Below are positions 56,733 through 64,000 of a stretch of 64,000 nucleotides of DNA, piece after piece. This DNA is from a virus, in the IMG/VR virus record IMGVR_UViG_3300044695_003767. The stretch is one strand, 5' to 3'. Position 1 is the first letter of the stretch, and each line of letters starts with the position of its first letter. Under the pieces are notes generated by a model. It made no database searches. It had not been told where the DNA came from and saw only the letters and a list, made by a program, of their open reading frames with translations. Both the position numbers and the translations under genes were made by a program.

Positions 56733-58893
56733 TCAGAGTTTTAAAGCACCATCGATACCAAAATTGAGTAAGAAGAATATTTCTTCTTCGGTTCTTCGTG
56801 TGTCTTCTGCGGCCTCTTCTTCTTCCAACACATTAGAATCAAAATCAAAAATTACAAAATTTTCTTTTAGACCATTTTCGTCAAAGTTAAATGAAAAAAT
56901 TGAAACTATAAATCAACCAATATCTGAAGCACTTAAACCTACTGAGCAAAGTAAAAATAATAATTCTGATGTACAAGGAGCACTTGTAGAGACAAATAGA
57001 ATTCTTGTTGAGATACAGAAACAACTTGCTCTTGATTTTGCAATGCGAATTGCAGAAGAAAAGCAATCTCTTAAAAAAATAAAAGCATCAGAGGCAAAAA
57101 GAAAAGTCTTTGATAAAGAAAAATTTGTAGAAGGTGGAAAAAAATTAGTAGATACTGGAAAAAATATAGTTAATAAACTTACTCAACCAGTAAAGAGTAT
57201 TTTTGATAAAATTAAAGAATTTTTTGGATTAATTTTAACTAAAGTACTTTTAGGAGAAGCATTTAAGTGGTTACGAGATCCTAATAATAGAAAATTATTA
57301 GATGGAATTTTTTATTGGATAGGAAAAGCATTTATTCCTGCCGTCATTGCAATTATTGGTTACAAAGTTTTTAAGTGGGTAAAAAGACTTTGGATGATTG
57401 GAAAATTCCTTTGGAAACTTCCTGGAAGATTAATAGGAGTTATAGGAAAATTACTTACTGCTTTGGGTTTAAAAGGTGCTCCAGCAGCAACTTCTGCAGC
57501 TAGTGCAGCAACGTCTGCAGCAGTAAAGGCAAGTACCTCATCAGCATATGCAGCAACAAAGGCAGGAAAAGCATATGCTGGAATGCAGGCACAAAGAAAC
57601 TTACCTAAATGGGCACAAAAGGCAGCAGGTGGAAGTGCTAGTAGATTTGCAGCATCTAATGAAAGAATTATTCAGGGCACAGCAAATCTAGGAGATAAAT
57701 TAAGAGTTGGCTCTAGAATGAAGGGGATGCCTGGCATTGGTCAGATTGCAGAAGGTTTTAGTGGTGGTGTAAAGGGAATTTTTGGTAAAGCTGGTGGTGC
57801 AATAAGTGGATTTGGTGATTCAATAACTACAAAATTTGTTTCACCAATTATTGATGTTGTACTACCAAAAGTTCCACCTAAAGTTAGACAAAAAGTTGCT
57901 GGTGCAGTGGCATCAAAAGGATTAAAAAGATTTCTTCCTTTTGTCAATACATTATTTGGAACTGTAGAAGGTGCCTCACGATTATTTAAGGGAGATATTG
58001 AAGGTGCATTAATATCATTTGCTTCTGCTATTCCAGTTGTTGGATGGGGTGCCCTGGCATTAGACATTTATAGGTCTGTTGATCCGGAGGGATATAAAAA
58101 GAATATAAGAATGGGAATGACCACAGAAGATATGAATGCTGCTATTTCTCAGGGATTTGGTAGTATCGGTACAGGTATGTCTGCTGCAGGAATGGCAACA
58201 GGTGGTACAGTTCCTGGATCTGGATCTGGAAAGGTTGATAGTGTAAAAACTATGCTTGCCCCTGGAGAAGAAGTTATTAATACGTCTTCTGCAATGTTAT
58301 TCAGACCCTTGCTAAAAGATATTAATGACAATTCTGGAAGATTGTGGACTACCTTTAGTAAGGCAGTTCGTAAATTATCTGCAACTTCAGAATATCAAAA
58401 AGATGTATCTGAAGAGTATTCTAAGGTTATTGATGAATTTAATGAAAATATTAAAAAGTCAATTGATAAAAAGAAGAAACCAAGACCAAATCCAAACCCA
58501 AGTCCACCAGTAACGACAACTCCCCCTCCTACCCCATCTTTACCTCCACCAGCAACTCCAACTACATCTATTCCAGAAAAAGATAAAGAAAAGAAAGATG
58601 ATAAACCAGCAGCTTTATCTGGTGGATCAATAACACCAGTGCAACCAAAGGATCAACCTGGGGCAAGTGTGACACCTGGTGGAGGATCTTCAATGTCTGG
58701 TGTCATACCACCAGATACATCTGGTGCTGGTGGTATGAATTTCTTACAAATGAATTTACCTGATGCTGGTGGAGTTCCTAGAATTCCTCAACCACCATCA
58801 CAAGCAACTGATGTTTCTGTTATAGCACCATTTAATCCTATAAATCCATATATGAATGTTACTCCTGGATGGTATGGAATTCATATGAGATAA
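56722..58893 (+). CDS. baseplate hub / tape-measure-like protein
   Basis: Helical N-terminus, hydrophobic segments, GG.VPGSGSG..DSV..ML.PGE motif, Pro-rich tail. Confidence 0.6.
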   Translation: MEFNQSFKAPSIPKLSKKNISSSVLRVSSAASSSSNTLESKSKITKFSFRPFSSKLNEKIETINQPISEALKPTEQSKNNNSDVQGALVETNRILVEIQKQLALDFAMRIAEEKQSLKKIKASEAKRKVFDKEKFVEGGKKLVDTGKNIVNKLTQPVKSIFDKIKEFFGLILTKVLLGEAFKWLRDPNNRKLLDGIFYWIGKAFIPAVIAIIGYKVFKWVKRLWMIGKFLWKLPGRLIGVIGKLLTALGLKGAPAATSAASAATSAAVKASTSSAYAATKAGKAYAGMQAQRNLPKWAQKAAGGSASRFAASNERIIQGTANLGDKLRVGSRMKGMPGIGQIAEGFSGGVKGIFGKAGGAISGFGDSITTKFVSPIIDVVLPKVPPKVRQKVAGAVASKGLKRFLPFVNTLFGTVEGASRLFKGDIEGALISFASAIPVVGWGALALDIYRSVDPEGYKKNIRMGMTTEDMNAAISQGFGSIGTGMSAAGMATGGTVPGSGSGKVDSVKTMLAPGEEVINTSSAMLFRPLLKDINDNSGRLWTTFSKAVRKLSATSEYQKDVSEEYSKVIDEFNENIKKSIDKKKKPRPNPNPSPPVTTTPPPTPSLPPPATPTTSIPEKDKEKKDDKPAALSGGSITPVQPKDQPGASVTPGGGSSMSGVIPPDTSGAGGMNFLQMNLPDAGGVPRIPQPPSQATDVSVIAPFNPINPYMNVTPGWYGIHMR

Positions 58894-58894
58894 T

Positions 58895-61036
58895 ATGGAA
58901 AAAGAAATAACAAAGTTAAAATTAAATGCTACGAATATTAAAAGTTCTTTGGTCTTTTCTAATAAAGAACTGAGAAAACTTAGAATTCAAAAAAATGATT
59001 TATTCGTGAGATTAGAAAAGCAAAAAGAATTAAGAACAAAAGAACAAGCATTAGAAACACCTAAAATAGGTGCGGCATTTCAGAGACTAACATCTATTGT
59101 AACAACACCCGTCAAGAGTATTTTTGATCGTATACTTGAATTTTTTGGTTTAATTGCTCTTAAGGTTTTGATAGGTGAATTACCAAAACTTATCGATCAA
59201 GTTAATTCCTTTTTTAACAGTGGATTTGTAAAATCTGTTGGCAGTATCTTATCAATAATTGGAACTGGTCTTCAAAAAGTTGGTGAATTGATTGGTTTGA
59301 TTCCAAAACAAGAACAAGATCAAATTATGAGTGATTTGAAAGAGATAGAGAAAAATGTAGATGATGATTTAAAATTAGCAGATCAATCTGATAAAGATAT
59401 TGCTACATTGCAAAGGCAATTAAATCTCGCCGAAAAACCAGAGAAACCAGAAAAACCACCAAAGCCAGAAAAACCATTACCATCTCCACCACCTACAAGA
59501 GAAGCAGTACAATCTCAAAAAGATAATTCTAAAACTGCTCAGTCTGGGGCATTCTCGGTTTCTACTCAAAATAGAGAAATACCAGCACCAAAACTAACAC
59601 CAATGAGGGAAAATGTTCAAAAATTTGCTCAGGGTGGAACAGTTAAATCAGAAAACGAAAAAGGAAAACCAACATATCAACCAAAGAAAAGTATAGCACT
59701 AAAAACATCTCAACGTTCACTTACTGATGGATTTACTCAATTTTCTTCTGCTGTAAATAACATTTCAGATTCTGCAGAACGAGATGAAGAAAATATGCTT
59801 GCACTTGCCGAAGTATCAAAGAATTTTAATAAGTGGGATTCAATGTTAAAATTCTTTGGTGGTGGAGATGGAGGTGATGGTGGAGATGGAGGTGATGGGG
59901 GTGGAGATGGAGGTGATGGTGGAGATGGAGGTGGATTAACTGTTGGTAAATGGGGTCCAATGCTTGATTTAATTGCTTCTGGTGAAGGTGGATATGATTC
60001 TGTTAATCCTGGTTTAGTGAGACCAGAAATTAGAGATATGAATCTGGGGCAATTACTTGATTTCATGGCAGAATCTAAACGTAAAAAGGGTGGTTCTGCA
60101 GCACTTGGGAGATATCAATTCATTAATCCACAATTAGCATATCAATTATCTGGATTGAATCCTAGTGAAAAATTTACTCCTGCAAACCAAGACAAAATGG
60201 CTGTTGCTTATCTTGAGAAAAAACGTCCTGGTAAAGAATGGTTGGCGGGGAAAATATCAACTAGAGATTATATTGAAGAACTTTCTAATGAGTGGGGTGC
60301 TTTTAGAAGTTATAGTGGTAATGTTTTACCTGGAAATAGTGGAAAAATAGGACCAGAAAAAATTGAAGCAGCATTAAAAAAAGTTAAAAAAGGTGGTTAT
60401 TCTGCAGAAGAACTTTCTAGATCCATCGAACAAGTACCACCAGGAAATACAAAAGTAGTTGTTTCAAGTAGATATGGTGTTCAAAGAGGTAGTAGAATGC
60501 ATGGTGGAACTGATCTTTCCACCAAGCATGGCACTCCTCTTAGAGCAGTTGCAGATGGTAAAATTGTTGAAACTGGATTTGATGGGAAAGGATGGGGATA
60601 CTTTTTAGTTTATAAAGATACTTCTGGTCTTTATCATCTCTATGGGCATATGCCAAAAGGATCTTTCAAAACTAGTGGGACAGTTAAAAAAGGTGAAGTG
60701 ATTGGTAAAGTTGGCTCAACTGGCAGATCTACTGGACCACACCTTCACTGGGAAATTGGGAAAAGTTGGAACGGAACTATTGGTGGAAAATTTGATCCTT
60801 TGAAAATTTATAGCCCAAATGCACCATTTAATACTCCATTACAAAGTGTTGCATCTAAACAAAATAAAACTTTAGTTACACCAAACCAACCACAAACTCC
60901 AGAACAAGCAGCAATGGTTATTTTTGCCAGACAACCCAGAACACAATATATTCCAGTTCCATTCCAACAACCATCGCCAGCAAGAAATTCATTGGCAGCA
61001 CCCACACCGTCATTATCACCATTATGGGGAGGTTAA
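58895..61036 (+). CDS. baseplate protein with lysozyme-like and M23 peptidase domains
   Basis: LDLIASGEG...ALGRYQF...NQDKMA...EWGA (muramidase-like); HGGTD...YGH...STGPHLHWE (M23). Confidence 0.85.
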   Translation: MEKEITKLKLNATNIKSSLVFSNKELRKLRIQKNDLFVRLEKQKELRTKEQALETPKIGAAFQRLTSIVTTPVKSIFDRILEFFGLIALKVLIGELPKLIDQVNSFFNSGFVKSVGSILSIIGTGLQKVGELIGLIPKQEQDQIMSDLKEIEKNVDDDLKLADQSDKDIATLQRQLNLAEKPEKPEKPPKPEKPLPSPPPTREAVQSQKDNSKTAQSGAFSVSTQNREIPAPKLTPMRENVQKFAQGGTVKSENEKGKPTYQPKKSIALKTSQRSLTDGFTQFSSAVNNISDSAERDEENMLALAEVSKNFNKWDSMLKFFGGGDGGDGGDGGDGGGDGGDGGDGGGLTVGKWGPMLDLIASGEGGYDSVNPGLVRPEIRDMNLGQLLDFMAESKRKKGGSAALGRYQFINPQLAYQLSGLNPSEKFTPANQDKMAVAYLEKKRPGKEWLAGKISTRDYIEELSNEWGAFRSYSGNVLPGNSGKIGPEKIEAALKKVKKGGYSAEELSRSIEQVPPGNTKVVVSSRYGVQRGSRMHGGTDLSTKHGTPLRAVADGKIVETGFDGKGWGYFLVYKDTSGLYHLYGHMPKGSFKTSGTVKKGEVIGKVGSTGRSTGPHLHWEIGKSWNGTIGGKFDPLKIYSPNAPFNTPLQSVASKQNKTLVTPNQPQTPEQAAMVIFARQPRTQYIPVPFQQPSPARNSLAAPTPSLSPLWGG
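59858..59935 (+). repeat. GGD-coding tandem repeat
   Basis: About 4 copies of ggtggagatggaggtgat in the linker before the lysozyme domain. Confidence 0.9.
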
Positions 61037-61039
61037 TAA

Positions 61040-62320
61040 ATGTCTAGTGCATCACAAGCATCTACATACGAGATTTTCAAAATTCAAAAAAAGGGAAGAC
61101 CTGCGATAGACATTACGGGTCAGGAAAAAATAGGACCAAAGACGGTTGGATTTAATTATTATGAAAGTTTATTTTCTCCAAGTGTAACTGCTACATTGAG
61201 TGTCATTGAAACTGGATCATCAGTTAATTATGATCCAAAATACGATAGTCAGTCAAGAATTGGAACACTTAGTTCTGCATTACCATTATCTGGAGATGTT
61301 TCTGTTGCTTTTAAAATCAGAAGTAAGTATGGAATTTTAGATTTTACAAAAAATTCACTTCTTTTTGATAAGATTATATCTCCAGGATCTGAATCTAACC
61401 GTGAAGCAATTATAATGAATTTGGTTTCTAAAAACTTTAAATTAAATGAAGAAGCAACGGTTTATAAAAAATATTCTGGAAATATAGGAAACAGTGTTCG
61501 TGGTTTGATAGAGGAGTATTTAAAAACTAATGTTGCCGTAGATCAAACTAAAAACTCATATTCATTCATTGGGAATGGAAAGTCTCCTTTTGAAATAATT
61601 TGCAAATTAGCATCTAAATCAATACCTGGGAAGGGAAATCCTGGATATTTTTTCTATGAAACAAGATCTGGTTTAAATTTTAAATCAATCGATGAATTAA
61701 TTCGTCAACAACCTGTCGCAAGTTACTACCGAACTGATGTTTTAAGATCAAACATTGATAATGATGAAAACGATTTCAAAATTCTCTTTAAAACTGATGT
61801 TAGAAAAAGTGATCTTGCCAATCTCTTAAGATCGGGTGCCATTTATAGTAAGAATGTATTTTTTGATCCACAATCTTTTAAATATGAAGAAAAAATTGAA
61901 AATCTTTCTGAGAATCTTTCAACATCTTTAGGTAAAGATCCTGTTTTACCTACAGTAAGTTCTTTTACGAGAACTCATTTTCATATAAAAGATATTGGTG
62001 CTTTGAGTCAAAAAATTCTAGATGATGTTAATAATGATCCCAAAGAATGGCAAGCAAGATCGACAATGAGATATAATATGTTATTTTCTCAAGCAATTCA
62101 AATTCAGGTTCCTTGTAATATCAAATTAAAAGCTGGAGATATAATTATTTGCAATTTTGAGGCAGTTACTTCGGACAGTAAGATTCAAGGACCAGATCCA
62201 GTGATGAGTGGAAAATATTTAATTGTTAATTTATGTCATCATTTTGATCCCTTAAGATCTTTTACTTCATTAACTCTTGCTCGTGATAGTTATGGTCTAT
62301 ATACTAATAAAAGCAAATAA
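61040..62320 (+). CDS. baseplate hub / tail protein (gp27-like position)
   Basis: YYESLFSP, FIGN.KSPF, FFYET..G.NFKSID, SGKYLI..LCH. Confidence 0.7.
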   Translation: MSSASQASTYEIFKIQKKGRPAIDITGQEKIGPKTVGFNYYESLFSPSVTATLSVIETGSSVNYDPKYDSQSRIGTLSSALPLSGDVSVAFKIRSKYGILDFTKNSLLFDKIISPGSESNREAIIMNLVSKNFKLNEEATVYKKYSGNIGNSVRGLIEEYLKTNVAVDQTKNSYSFIGNGKSPFEIICKLASKSIPGKGNPGYFFYETRSGLNFKSIDELIRQQPVASYYRTDVLRSNIDNDENDFKILFKTDVRKSDLANLLRSGAIYSKNVFFDPQSFKYEEKIENLSENLSTSLGKDPVLPTVSSFTRTHFHIKDIGALSQKILDDVNNDPKEWQARSTMRYNMLFSQAIQIQVPCNIKLKAGDIIICNFEAVTSDSKIQGPDPVMSGKYLIVNLCHHFDPLRSFTSLTLARDSYGLYTNKSK

Positions 62321-62808
62321 TGGCTGATAGTTTAGCTCAAGTATATCTTTCAAAACCTTTTCTTGCTCAAGTTGCACCTGGTCAAAATCAATATCTCAAA
62401 GGTGCAAAATGGGATGAGGCTCATGGTGATAGAGTTAGAATAAGAATACCTGGAAAACATCCAAGCACTAATGAACTCAATGATGATGATTTACCCTGGG
62501 CTATTATAGCAAAACCAACATCACAAGGAAATCGTAATGGTGGGTCTGTAGGTATATGGGGTGGTGAGTGGGTTTTGGCTTGTTATTTGGATGAAAGTGA
62601 GCAAGTTCCTATTATCACTCACGTTCTTGGAAATAATTTATCCGATTATGATCTAAGAGAATCTAAAAATGGAACAACGGAATTTAAAAGAGTAGATCGA
62701 TTTAATTATGGGTTATTACCAGCAAATCATCAAGTAATTGGTGATGCAAAAAAACCATTTGGTCCTGCACAACCAACTAGAGATGAATTTAAAAATGCAA
62801 TGAAATGA
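62320..62808 (+). CDS. gp5-like N-terminal OB-fold protein
   Basis: RVRIRIPG.H......D.DLPWA...GEWV..YLD...PII..VL. Confidence 0.7.
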   Translation: MADSLAQVYLSKPFLAQVAPGQNQYLKGAKWDEAHGDRVRIRIPGKHPSTNELNDDDLPWAIIAKPTSQGNRNGGSVGIWGGEWVLACYLDESEQVPIITHVLGNNLSDYDLRESKNGTTEFKRVDRFNYGLLPANHQVIGDAKKPFGPAQPTRDEFKNAMK

Positions 62809-62842
62809 GAAATAAATATCAACACAAGGAGGTGAAGTATTA

Positions 62843-64000
62843 ATGGCAGATCAGATTGGATCACAAAGTCAACCAGCAAGGGTTCCAGATCCTGTTGAAA
62901 CACAACCAATACCTGTTTTAACAACATTAAGTACTGAAGACTTAAACAATATAGAAGCAACAAATCGTAATGTCATTACAGATTTGAATCAAATTCAATC
63001 TGATAGTTGGACTGATGAAGAGTGGAAATTATATACTGCCGCTGCTGGAAATATAAAAGCAGTTCAAGACGCTAAAACTGCAAAAACTTCTGATGATTGC
63101 AATACAAAGCAAACTGATAAAGGATATACATTATCTGATTCAAAAAAATGTGAGGCATTTGTCAATTCTACGGCATATAAACAAGCAAGACAGACGCAAC
63201 AAGAACAAATATCTTTACCAGATCCTTGTGGAACTTCTGAATTAGCAGGTATTAATACAGAATTACTTAAATTCTTTCAAAGACTTAAGGCAATTAAACA
63301 GTGGGGTCAACTTTATGTTAATGGCACCATTAATAAGGTTGGCAAAATATCAAGTTTAATAAGAAATAGTGCTAGTATCATTGGAGCAATTCTTAAAATT
63401 TTAATTCAAAGACTACGAGATTATCTAATAGGTAAAATAAGAGCAGGTATACAAGATTTAATCGATTTACTTTTACCTACCGTTGCAAAAGCAATTAAAA
63501 ATACAATCATTCAAAAAGTTGTAGATGCTATTTTCTGTAAGTTTAAAGATATCGCAGCTGGAATCGCAAATATGGTTGCTGATTTCTTATTTGAATTGAT
63601 TGGAAAAATTGTTAATGTTCCATTTTGTGCAGCACTGCAATGGACAAATGCATTAGTTAATAAGTTGGCTTCACAAATTGACAAATCAATTGGTCCAATA
63701 TTAGATCAAATTAATGATGTATTGGGTGGAGTTACTAAAATTGTTGGTAGTGTATTCCAAGCATTAGATTTTATTCTTGGATTTGAATCTTTCTTGTGTG
63801 CAAAACCAAATTGTCCAGAAATAAAAGATTTTAAAGCAGACCCTTTTTGGGGTGGACCAACACAAAAAGACATTGATAACTTTAATAATTTCTTACCTGT
63901 TCCTAGTGATTCTGATCTTATTGAAGGTGCCACTGGATGGACAAAGGATCTTCCAATTTTTGGGGGTAAATTGGGACAATATGATGGAACATTACCTTCC
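62843..64000 (+). CDS. baseplate hub protein (gp5-related body), partial
   Basis: AGGAGGTG SD; MADQIGSQ...LPDPCG...IFCKF...VPFCAA; frame appears open to the window end. Confidence 0.7.
   Translation, partial: MADQIGSQSQPARVPDPVETQPIPVLTTLSTEDLNNIEATNRNVITDLNQIQSDSWTDEEWKLYTAAAGNIKAVQDAKTAKTSDDCNTKQTDKGYTLSDSKKCEAFVNSTAYKQARQTQQEQISLPDPCGTSELAGINTELLKFFQRLKAIKQWGQLYVNGTINKVGKISSLIRNSASIIGAILKILIQRLRDYLIGKIRAGIQDLIDLLLPTVAKAIKNTIIQKVVDAIFCKFKDIAAGIANMVADFLFELIGKIVNVPFCAALQWTNALVNKLASQIDKSIGPILDQINDVLGGVTKIVGSVFQALDFILGFESFLCAKPNCPEIKDFKADPFWGGPTQKDIDNFNNFLPVPSDSDLIEGATGWTKDLPIFGGKLGQYDGTLPS

Noticed and set aside
1-64000. tRNA/rRNA genes, integrase, transposase
   Set aside because: No cloverleaf/T-loop signatures in intergenic gaps and no recombinase motifs found by eye; tRNAscan was not run

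Overview
A 64-kb segment of a T4-like cyanomyovirus (Kyanoviridae-type, most likely a freshwater Synechococcus/Cyanobium phage), almost entirely coding on the + strand. It has four blocks. (1) 1-7.7 kb: end of a sugar-modification cluster, then a photosynthesis/redox island (hli x2, petF, peroxiredoxin, intronless psbA with a structured leader, an EndoVII/F-CphI-like free-standing homing endonuclease, psbD with a perfect HLR1 box, and an HNH gene). (2) 7.7-34.3 kb: late-expressed modular tail-fibre and virion genes, including a ~20-blade beta-propeller protein and three tandem LamG/head-spike-like paralogs. (3) 34.3-44.8 kb: three 12-repeat kelch-like double propellers with hypervariable Pro-rich loops, interleaved with two glycosyltransferases, two 2OG-Fe(II) oxygenases and a sulfotransferase. 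This is the best candidate for an undescribed system: diversified receptor-binding proteins together with their own modification enzymes. (4) 44.8-64 kb: a candidate sRNA, glutaredoxin, a nitrogen-sensing module (NtcA box, tandem glutamine-aptamer-like RNAs with a nested ORF, YRG peptide), then T4 core genes (thyX, phoH, exonuclease, gp33, gp59, gp32, Mom-like, gp53, gp48, gp2, gp4, tail tube, gp26, gp51, M23/lysozyme hub, split gp5-like). I saw no tRNA, CRISPR array or integrase. All calls come from motif recognition by eye; no database searches were run.
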